From assembly GCA_973895155.1 (NCBI GenBank), contig OZ316894.1:7588234-7652233 (forward strand): DNA of 64,000 nt. Reading direction: 5' to 3'. The position numbers and the translations under genes were made by a program. The notes below the pieces were generated by a model. It searched no databases, was not told the DNA's origin, and saw only the letters and a program-made list of their open reading frames with translations. This DNA comes from Marsupella aquatica. Lineage: Eukaryota; Plantae; Marchantiophyta. Position 1 is the stretch's first letter. Every line of letters starts with the position of its first letter. This document shows, piece by piece, positions 27,042 to 38,033 of this stretch.

Positions 27042-28337
27042 TTTCCTGGTCATTAAGAATAAGATTGCAGAATCACATCACATTTGGATGAGCTCGTTAT
27101 GTAATTTCTTGTATACTGTCACTAAAAATTGCAAAACTATCTCCTCAGAATAATGTGTGTTACCAGAACATTTTGCACCATAATAGCCTCTAACAACTTG
27201 AGCTAAAGCTAATATACCATATGTTATTTTTACTCAAACAGAGACTTAAAAACTGTAGCCAGGGGGTCCACTAACTAATTGTTTGTCTTGAGTGGCTACC
27301 AACATAGCATGCTAAAGTTTACATTTCAAAATTCAGCTAACACTTCCTCTATTTAAGTGGTTCATAAACAATCAATTCAATCTACCGTGAACACACATCA
27401 ACAAAGCAAGGAAAACAAAAACAAAAATAAACTACTGTCCAAAACAACAGAGTTCAAATGCCACATCCTTTGATGTAATCTTCATAGAATGGTCAGCTCT
27501 CTCTGCTCTCGGGAATATCCTCATTTTGCAAAGCACACTCAAATATCTCCACTTTTTACTTGCTAGAAACCTACCCTCAAATTCCCCTACTACTATGGTT
27601 TGCTCAAAACCTGCTTGCACCCAACTTTCCTTACGAACTGCTGCATTTACACATTGTGACAACAAAGTCAGGAAAGCAAACGTGCTTGGCCTTTCTACTC
27701 TAAATGACTTCTAAACTTCTAAACTACTTCTAACCTCTTTCTACTAATTGACAATCTTTAACTTACTACTACTCATAGTTTAGACATGTCACATATTTGC
27801 ACACAAGGGATATAACACATTTCCATTAACATTTAATTTGGATTTCAACAGGATACATATATTGTTGTTTGCACTAATTATGCCTGGCCTGCTGTGCTCT
27901 TTTTTCTCCTTAAAAACACCAATTGAATTTCATTCAAAATGCCAGCATACAGCAGGGGTGGCCCACAAGAGGGGGTACCCAAGAGGACATGACGGGCTTA
28001 CACCAGGAGAAGAGGCAAGCCCAACTACTATACGTGTCAACTAGACCAGCAATTTAACTACTGCAGCACGGAGAGGTATACTCCCTGAGACTGGCAGGGT
28101 ACCTAACAGTGGATCCATCACATAAGTGCAATTCTATCGGCGGCAGTGCAATTTGCCTGGCTGGCTGTGCAGATGTGCAGGCATAACAAGGACGATCATA
28201 GAATTCAGATTGAGAGACAATGGGTCATAAACTGCACCAAAAAGACGGCACCATAGTGGGCCTTCTCAAACTCATATGGGAGAGACATGGCATCCTGGGA
28301 ACACTTCAGTATATACTTAACTCAGCAATCACACGGT

Positions 28338-31300
28338 CTAAAGCAAAAGTTTCTCTATTAACTGATGCAGGGCCTTGGATGAAGAACCACCTTCCGCTAC
28401 AGCTGCAGTTAGGAGACCCTTCCACTTCTTAGCGTTCTTCCCGAATTCATTCCCCTCTTCTTTAACCATTATGAGCCTCACTGCCCTGGACACATCTTCC
28501 CTTGAAGGCCTAACGAGCACTTCGTCTCCTGGCGTGTAGTCCTTTACACAGACACCACTCTTTGCGATGTTTTCCACGAATCTGCAGCATCCACAAACAT
28601 GGCATTATCAGCTTTGATCATCCACTCTCTTGTTGGACATTCGATGCTTAAGGTTGCGGTTCCAAGGAAGAGTAGCCCTGCTCGCGAATCCTTTCAGAGA
28701 AATAAATTGAATGCCTTTCGAAGATTTCTTCAGCTAAGAATCTCATACTACACTGCGTATGGACGACAACACTGGTGCTCGGTTCCAGCGATAAGAGTTA
28801 TCAACATTAGTCATCATTTAGGATGAAACTTGAAAAAGGCAAAGAATGTCGATGAGCTTAGATTTTGATATGGATAGAAGTTCAAGAAAGAATAGAGAAG
28901 TTCAAGAAAGAATAGAGAAGTTGAACAAGAATACAGTGCCTTTAAAAGGTTTATGCTCGGAACTTCAAGCAAAGGGCTGAAAAGAATGATCCGGGAAGCA
29001 ATTTTCACAAGGAACCCAAAAGCATAATTTGTTGCGATAATCTGGCAGGCGGGTAAATTTAGAACTCGATACAGGAAACTGGAAGTGAATGAAGGGCACA
29101 AAGGGATTGATCTGTGGGCCTGGAACAACAGCAAAGACCAAAAGGACACACATCCTGGTAGAAATCGATGCTCCACTGGTCAACAAGTTCAACTTGTCAG
29201 GGTCTACCCTTTTTGACACACCAGAATCACAGAACAGTCAGGTCTGGTCGATGGCGGAAACTAAGAAGATTCTTTCTTGTTGATTGCAACTTGCACATAG
29301 GAGAGGAAGACTCGAACAATTCGATGAAGGAAAGACTTTGTTTCACAGCTAAGCAAGCAGTTTAAGACATGGTATTGTATAGGGAATGTGAAAATTTGTC
29401 ACCGGGCATTGATGCGGTGGTCAACAGCAATCGGCCAAGTAACGAGCGGCACTCCGCTACATAAACTTTCCAGAACAGAATTCCAACCACAATGGGACAG
29501 GAAACCGCCGGTGGAAGGATGCAGCAGAATCTGCGCTTGTGGTGCCCATCCTTCGTCGATGTAGCCTCGCCCTTTTGTTCGCTCTTTGAAGCCAGGAGGC
29601 AGAGTTGCCCCCGCCAATGTATTCATGAACCTGACAGCCCACACGAAAGGCACTCCGCTGGCCTCGAGTCCATGAGCCAACTCTGTCAGTGAGTCTGGGG
29701 CAATGTTGGCTAAGGACCCGAAGCTGATGTAAAGAACAGAGGAGGTAGGATGAGAGTCTAGGAATTCCAATACTGGGGAAGAGCCTGCTTCTTCCACCTC
29801 GCTGCTGCGAGAGCCTGTGAAGCCAGGAAAGTTTAAAAGCGGACCGATTGCAAAGACTTTCGGAGCCTGCGCAGTCCAGACTATAATCAGAGGTTTCACC
29901 ATTTCAATAATTATACTACTCTTATCACTCAAAATTTGTATAAGTCTGCCTCTCAATAGTTCTGCCGAGACCATTCTAGTTACTGTCTAATCCTAGGTTT
30001 CACTACTCATATCCATGAAAATGTGGAAGTCTAGCTATTCTCTTATTGTTCTAACCAGGACTTTCTGGTAAGATAGACTATAGTTCTATCGACGAAAACC
30101 GTCCCGTGGTGTACAACATTGTCAGTTTAACCCTTGCATGCGCTTAGTCCAGACCGTAACACGAAATTGGGTGCATATCGATGCCCAAAATGAAAAAGAA
30201 TGCGTTACCTAGAAGCAACCGAAGCAGAGTCTGTGCTTTCTATGCTGTTCGTTATTGCCTAGATCATGCTCTCTGTTATGAAGTACTCAATGCCCTGCTT
30301 AATGTCAAAACATGGAAGCGGTACCTGGCGATTAGCAGCATTGGCTCTGAGCTCAGTTCCCACCCGAATAGCATCGAGGGATCCGGCCGCGGCATCCAAC
30401 TCCTCCGAAATGTTATAAACAAGTCCTGCTGCTCTAGTCATTGTTTCAGAATGGAAGTTCCAATAGTCTGGGAAATCTACATTCTCGTGAGAAATGTCTC
30501 GGACCCGTGCAAACTTGGCGCCAGGGAGATCCAATATCTCATTTCGTCTAGGGGATTCAATGGGGTGGAGCTCCTCCTTACACACCGTCTGAGCTGCAAG
30601 TGCGGTGACAGCTGCATTTGCTGGGGATGTAACACACACAGAATACCATGGAACACCCAATTTACTGGCGAGCTCCTGCATTGCAAAACGTTTTCAAACA
30701 TGTCAATGGGAGCCCTCTGCCGAGCATATCATCTCTTGAAATTATTCAAATTCTCTCCGAATACACAAACTTCCGGCAAGAAATGGCATGAAGGATGTTG
30801 CCATACTCAGTGTTTTCCTACTTCATACGACCAGATCCCTCCGAAGTTTCATCGCCTGGACATTTTGTTTTTCGGTTTTTGGTTCGCCTAGTTTTCCTTA
30901 ACTCAAACGCCGGCCACCTTCGTTTCTTGGCAGAGTACTAATTTTGTGGCAACGGAAGCATGTACTGTACCTCCGCAAAGCACGCTAAAAAATCCGAGAC
31001 CACACAAGTCGGGACTCCCGGAAGACCCTTCGCCTTCAAGTCGATCAATTTGTTGCCAAAAGGCTCAAACTCCTTCCGAAACTTCTCGTATACGGTTCCC
31101 ACCCGGATTGGAAAATGGGGATCTTGGTCATACGGGATAGGATCTGTAAACAATGGTTCCAGATGCAAGTCGATGCCATGGAATCCACCGTTGGCTTGCC
31201 ACTCAGCCAGCTCTGAGCACCTACGTTCCGAGGTGGCACAGGTAATGGTGACGCCCTCATAACTGGCGCACAGTCTCAGGAGCTTCTCCAGTTGATAGTA

Positions 31301-31375
31301 GTGTCCGGCAGCGTCAGCTGGCACAAAGAGAATATGAGGTCGCGACTTGGCTTGTTCATCATGTGAATCTTCCAT
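28338..31375 (-). CDS. Family-1 UDP-glycosyltransferase, copy B (487 aa); exons 31375-30971, 30675-30325, 29866-29403, 28581-28338
   Basis: Same first three exon sizes as copy A (405/351/464). PSPG WAPQAQILLHPSTGGFLSHCGWNSVLESLCSGVPLVTWPIAVDH. Catalytic His and Asp retained. Confidence 0.95.
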
Positions 31376-31917
31376 TTCCCCAAAATCACTCCCTCAATCG
31401 CAGCACAAGTTTCCAGTCGCTCCCCAAAACTAGACTGAACAATCTCGAGGATTAAGTAGTCTTGCTTTCAGTCAATTCTATTCATCTCGGATTGAAGCTT
31501 CCCAAATCGGACTCTCCGAGTCTTCCGCTGGCTCCTCGACGCTGACCGACTGTGCCAGCAAGTTGGCTCTGGCTACAAATAATGTGGATTTGCTATGGTA
31601 GTCTAGACCCACAGTGTTTACGAAGCAGTACGATCATGAAACCATTGTCTCGAGCAAATGGAAGAATTTTCGGCTGACCGATCCACACCAAAAACTCTCA
31701 AATGCTGCGCTATACTGTCGTTCGTGATTAGTTCAGTACATTGCTCGTTTTCAAACAACGTGCTGTCCCCTACCCTGTGCCATGCATGGTTTCTGTTTCT
31801 GTCGAAAGCTTAGCATTCGAGGAAAAGAACAACAAATACACCATTCATGTTAGAGTGGTAGCGTTTCGTTTAGTTGTGTACTTACTTTCTTCTCGATGCT
31901 TTCAAATATGTATATCA

Positions 31918-32543
31918 TGTTGGAACATTCAACACCATGGACGGGGCTAGGAAGTGAACCTGGGACCTCGTGTGTACATTGTATTGCTCTATCATTGAGC
32001 TAGAGGCCTTTCATGTCTGTTTCCATCATCATCATTTGAGTGTGGTTCATTTCCCAACACCTTCCCTAAGCTTGGAGTGTGGTTCATTTCCAACACCTTC
32101 CCTTAAGCTTGGAGTGTGGTTCATTTCCAACACCTTCCCTTAAACTTGGAGTGTGGTTCATTTCCAATTGGGTCCCTTGAGCCACACTAGTTTCAAGGGA
32201 AACTCGTGATCTTTATTTTTATTTTTATATTTTTTAAGGAGAAATCTGTGAAACCCCGCAGAAAGGGAAGAGTCCACCACAATAGTTGGGAAGTGTCAAC
32301 CACAACAGTTGAACTCAAGACCTATCGGTCTCTACTCAAGTGAGCTACCACAAAGAGATCTTTGGCTTTGATACCATGTTAGAACATTCAACAGCATGGA
32401 CCAGCTAAGGAGTGAACCTAGGAAATATCACCACACTCTCCCTTGAGCCACACTCGCTTCAAAGGAAACTCCTGATCTTTGATACCATGTTAGAACATTC
32501 AACAGGATGGACCGGCTAGGAAGTGAACCTAGTAAATATCACA
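31918..32543 (-). mobile_element. Tandem TRIM (non-autonomous mini LTR retrotransposon) with tRNA-like sequence in the LTR
   Basis: 142-bp LTR 31918-32059 with TGTTGG...CCAACA ends and an adjacent PPT. Met-tRNA-type PBS TGGTATCAAAGCC on the minus strand at 32364-32376 and again at ~32478-32487, each next to a shortened LTR copy. The ~37-bp LTR-end/PPT junction is repeated about 3.5 times at 32038-32167. Confidence 0.75.
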
Positions 32544-35500
32544 TTGCCAAAAGGCATTGGGTTCACAGCCCGAGTTAGTAGCTTTGGCTATGTACTCAAG
32601 AGTAAAAGTGCCCGGGTTAGAGGTGCCCAACCATTTTTGGCCCATCGTCCGGACCAGGTCTTTAGTTAGTGTACCGTATAAAGTTGGCAAGTGGCCTATG
32701 TTTGTGTTTGGTCTTATGTCTTTGGTATTCAATCACCCAGTTTGTGCTTCTTGTTTTGTGACAGTGTGACATATATAATTAGATGGTTTTTTGTTCTTTG
32801 AGAGTGTGACATACAATTAGATGGCTTTCCCGTGCAGTACAAGTTGGGACTGCAATCACTCTCTCCTCCTCAGCCAAAATACCTTAGTGCTTAATGACAG
32901 GACAGTAACTTTGCACAATTCATTTTAAAGGACTTTCTTTGCATAGAGCAAGTAGTCTATTACTTTGCCTTAGTTAGACTGACAGATATGCTTGATCCAT
33001 GAGACCCCTGGCAGAACATTTTTACATGATGGGCCCCGGAAAATTTTGTTACCTACTAGAACACCTATGAAAGTATTGTTACCTACTAGGACCCCTCTTA
33101 ATGAGATGTACAAAATATTCTCCTAAATGGAAGAGCTACACTGTTTTTGGCCTTAGCTTACCACATCATTATGGTTTTGTTCTTTGGTTACCAAGTCGCT
33201 CCCTTTGCCATCAGGGTCGGCCATTTGCAATTACAGTTTAGTAACGTAATCTTTTGTTGTCGTTTGGTGAAGACACTATGGTGTACGTCTCCAGATCAAT
33301 TAGGGTTTGGTAGTGGTGCTTCTGTCTTGTCAATATTAAGGGCGGTCTTTGTTTTGTTGTGGATTTTGATATTTTCATGATACGAGTGACAACAATGGCA
33401 ATGGTGATTTCTTGTGGGCCTAGGCTTTTGATTATTGCTTAGTGACCAGTGACAACATTTGTGACTTTGAGAAGCTCTTACAATCTGTTTCATGAATGAG
33501 ATTAATCAGTTGTGACCGGGGTTGTGAAGTGCTACACAACATTGGGAAAACACTGTGTTTGGCTGTAAGTTGGGCTTTTTAAAATTGTTAACTTTGTCTG
33601 CGTGTGGGGTACTTTATTTGCCTCTTGCTATTCATCATCTCTGGTCATTCGAACATTCTCTCTTGCTGTCCATAAACTTGGCCCATTCGGATTTATCGAC
33701 AAAAGCAGGTTTCCTGGGCTCTCCATGCCTTTTGGACTTTCCCTTCTTCCCAATCATTTGAATGCACTTTGAGTGAACAAAAAGTTGCAATTATAGGATG
33801 GCTTTGCATCCTGAGGTTTTTGCCTTGTAAATAGCAAGAAATTTAAATATCGAGAGAGGTATGTTACATTGTGAGTCTGGTATCAATGATCGATGCTTTG
33901 ATGAGTAGTCATGAACATGTGATCCAGATTATATTAATTAAAAGTACTGATATTCTACCTGTTTTCACATCACCAACACTGATTGCACCTAGCTGAGTTG
34001 TATCAGTCCCTGGTGGTGTTGAATACAAACTTCCTTCTGCAAAGCATGGACGGATAATCACACCAAGAAAAACAAAAACATCATGAAAAGACAGTGAGTA
34101 GCTTGCGTGAAAGTAAAATTGTTGTAGGAACTGTGACAAGAACTTTTGACACAAAAGTGTCAAAAGGGTCCTACTGTAGATGGTAGGGTCCCATCACATA
34201 AAAAAGTTATGCTAGGGTGCCATCAAGCGTAATTACACCTCTTTGCCTTAATTATTTATTCCTTTGTATTAATTTGGTATTTCTGCATCTCATCTAGTAC
34301 ACATTTGAGTGAGCATATCATCAAATTGTTCACACCATCATCAAAAAAATTGTTTAAATCATCAGGCATTTTGTTGCATTCTTGGGCAATGTCTCCCCAC
34401 ACTATGGTAGTTACTGTAGCCACCGCATTCAATTGCATGGTACAAGTGCTAATACCAGCGCATTTTGTAGTGGTCATCCAATCATCTTGGTTGCTTTCAT
34501 TTTGTGTTTTTGAAAAGTACAATACAAAAAAGCTCTTGAATGATGGGCAAAGGGTTTGTTTAATCTCTCCTGCTTGAGATGTTCCCCAAGATGTTCTTGT
34601 GATCCTTGCTTGGCCCGTTGCCCTCAGTGAATTCTTTGTGGGAGGGTCATTTTTAAGTTTCTTCTAAACTCATATAATGCTCCTTCTACTATAGACAGAA
34701 AACATAAAATCAGTATGGCCTAATTGGGAGTATTCACTGTGAAATGAGAAAAATGTGGTCCATCTGAATTGCAAAAATCCAATGGGAGCACTTCTGACAA
34801 ACTTAGACTGAGATCTATCCTGGGTTCATTTTCCATATTTATGTATTAGATTGTCAATCGTTTTTGAATTTATCACTGTCATGGACTTTAATTTATTTAA
34901 TTATATTATCCTTTTGCCAAGATTGGTTTCTCATTGCATGTGGGTAAGCTGACCATGCATGGTTAATCCGAGATGATCCAATGCCTGGGGTGAATGACAG
35001 CCACAAGTATGCATCCAAAACCTGTTGGCGGCACAGCCTTGATCTGTTCACTCTCCCCTGCCCTTGATGCAGATCTACCCTTACCAAATATTCCCACCCT
35101 TAGTACCAGTATTGTGTCACTATCAAGAAATGTCAATATCATGAACTTCTGGTGGTGTGAGGAAAAACAGGTGGACGATCACCATGTCTGGTCTTAAATA
35201 GACTATCTAAGCTGAATGACTTAGTTCGTTCCTTTTGCATACTTGAAGTGGTCAGTCAATGAGACCTCTCCTTACATGGTATCTAGTGTAGCGCCATTAT
35301 AGAAGTTATATAGGCTCGCCAACCCTGTGACGTATCAAATCTTCACACCAGCTCATTAGGCCTTCTTCATTAGTCACTAATCACTTCAACTTTGTAATTC
35401 ATAAAGGACAGGATTCTGAAGTCCAATTTCCTTTCAAAAGTATTTTTTGGGGATCAATCTTTATCTCTTGCTTATTTTATATAACGATTTTTGGACCTTG

Positions 35501-35629
35501 CATTATTTTTTTCTATCCTCTGACTTTGATCTTTTGCGCTGTTATAGTCAATTGTACTTCTTTGGCCCTTTTTCAAATCTAAAACCCCTTGGAGGCTCAA
35601 TGCCTCTAACAGAAACCCCACTGTGGGGT

Positions 35630-36005
35630 GAGGTTACTTAGACAAAACGCTTGACACTTAGACAAAAGAACATTAATACTCGTTTACTTTTCACTGGCAT
35701 TAAACGAACGGGGACACTCCAATTCCATAAAATAATGACTTTCTTGAGACTCACCTCCCTGAGTGGACTGATTGGAATTTCAAAGTTAGACAAAAGAAGA
35801 TTAATAGATTTACTTTTCACTGGCAACAAACAAACAGGGGCACTCCCATTCCATAAAATGATGACTTTCTTGAGACTCACCTCCCTGAGTGGACTGATTG
35901 GAATTTAATGCACAGCCTCTCCACACTACATAAAATGATGACTTTCTTGAGACTCACCTCCCTGAGATGGACTGATTGGAATTTAATGCACAGCCTCTCC
36001 ACTGT
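35630..36005. repeat. Compound tandem repeat
   Basis: cataaaat.atgactttcttgagactcacctccctgag(a)tggactgattggaattt occurs three times, with a partial copy at ~36815-36890. Confidence 0.8.
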
Positions 36006-38033
36006 ACATTCCCCTAATCATTGGGTCTCGGTAACTGCACATCAAAATATGACATCTATGATGTATGACACCCCTGCATACCGTGATAACTCTAGTTTTT
36101 TTCTTTCAATCAATGAATGCAGCCACATTTTGATGTGTGATTACCAGCAGGGCTAATCATTGGGTCTTAGTAACCCCACATCAAACTATGACATATAAGG
36201 TGTATGACAACTTTATTATTTTCTTTAAATCAATGAATGCACACCTAATATTAACACATTTTGATGCATGATCAAAATATGATGGTGTTTGACATCCCTC
36301 CATAATTATAAGAGCATCTTCACCTGTTACTGGGTTGGTGTATTGTAATGCTATGTTGACCAAACCTAGTAAGGTTCAACAAGAAAGGCAACCCCAATGG
36401 ATACTCTAACTCTATTCATTTCTGACCTTACAGACTGGGTATTGTGGTTACTTGCTCTGTATATGAGTTCCTGTATAACTCATTCACTGAATGCACAATT
36501 CATTCCAGGATTCTCCAAGATTCAATGATTAGTATCCAAGGGTGCATATGTCATAAGATATTGAAAACCCAAGTAAACATTGGGCTCTTTTTGACATATC
36601 ATTTTTGCTATATACAACAACCAAACAGAGTAATCATTGGGCTTGCTTTTTGACACATCATCTTTGCTATATATAAGAACCTCTTATGATAAATTTAATG
36701 TGTACAATAAGCAAATAGCCGTCTTATAGTTGGAGATGCCCAAACCTGGTTATTTTATTTAACTCAATGAGTGCAGACACTATATTATCACATTTTGATG
36801 TTTGAGCTAATCATTCTTGAGAGTCACCTCCCTGAGTGGGTCTAAGTGACAAAGGATGAAAGGACTGATTGGACTTTAATGCACTGCCTCTCGAGTGGAC
36901 GTTCAAATCGTAGTCTCAATTCAAGTGGACACTGCTCAAGAGAGTCGGAGAGGCTCCAATCCCGATAAGCAGAGAGTGATACGATCATACCAATTTACGG
37001 TACAGTCCTGTGAAGTAGTGTGGCCCTACGGTGGGTGCATCCGTGGCCGTGGTACCCTCGATAATAATAATATGCATAAAATCACTGCAACATTCTGCTC
37101 TGAGCGCATATTTTTTTCCTTTGTAAAGTTACGATAGTGATAACGGTTGCACACTCGACGGAATGTTGAGCCTCCTTGGTTTGCGGAACTGCTAAGGAAC
37201 TGGAGCCGAAAATAATTTTCAAAGGACGACAGTACTATCATATCACAGTACGGTAGAGAAAAGTTATCGCTGAAATTGCATGGCGCACCAGATCGAGTGC
37301 TGTAGCTAGTATGACCACTTACAATGAGAAGGACTTCGTGCAACTCGCTTACTCGCAGGATTGATCAGACCATGTAGCGCGCTGCCGGCGCTGGCGAACG
37401 CGGTGGCATTAATGACGGTCTAGGCTGGGTTTTCAGAACGCGTATCATGCGATTGAATCCGGGAGTGCACCGTCACAGGGAGCCCCAATCCCCAAAAGTC
37501 TGCTGGTACGGTTATGGGCGCTCGTCGTAGACCGCAAGCCAACAACAAACAATTGCTGAAGTCACCTCGTCCCACGTGAATTTATCAGAAAGGACTGACT
37601 ATGGGAGACTACTTCAATCATGATCGCATGTGTCAGAAGGTAAGTCGATACACCAAACAAAACGCGACTACTCTACACCAATGGCGGCTTACGGTTATAC
37701 ATTATGCTGCATTCGACTGTAACCGAAACCATGGCTTTCAATGGGTTCCAATGTGGTTGAACAGAGCTTACAGGATTGTATATTTGTACCGCTTCTTATA
37801 AAGCAGTGGATCTCAGACTACCGTAGCAAAACTGCATTGATTTGTAGCTAGAGCAAGCTTCAAGGAACCACTGGAAGATTTGGAGAGTCCAATTTGGGAA
37901 GATTCCGAGACACATAGAACCGACGGGAACAGCGGATCGAGTGAGTATCGAGAGCTGAACGACTGATCGAGATTTTGAGTTCGGGGAGGGACTGGGAACT
38001 TTGTGCTGTAACTGAGGGAGTCATTTTGAGGAA

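Noticed and set aside
31938-32008. tRNA gene
   Set aside because: Acceptor and anticodon stems do not pair properly, and it is embedded in an LTR; treated as TE-borne tRNA-like sequence.
32038-32167. CRISPR-like 37-bp repeats (also 4385-4500 and 51345-51571)
   Set aside because: Head-to-tail units without unique spacers, in a eukaryotic context with no cas genes.
36879-36892. ATGCACTGCCTCT matches the 5' part of miR408
   Set aside because: The match stops after 13 nt, there is no hairpin, and it is a variant of the local repeat unit atgcacagcctctcc.
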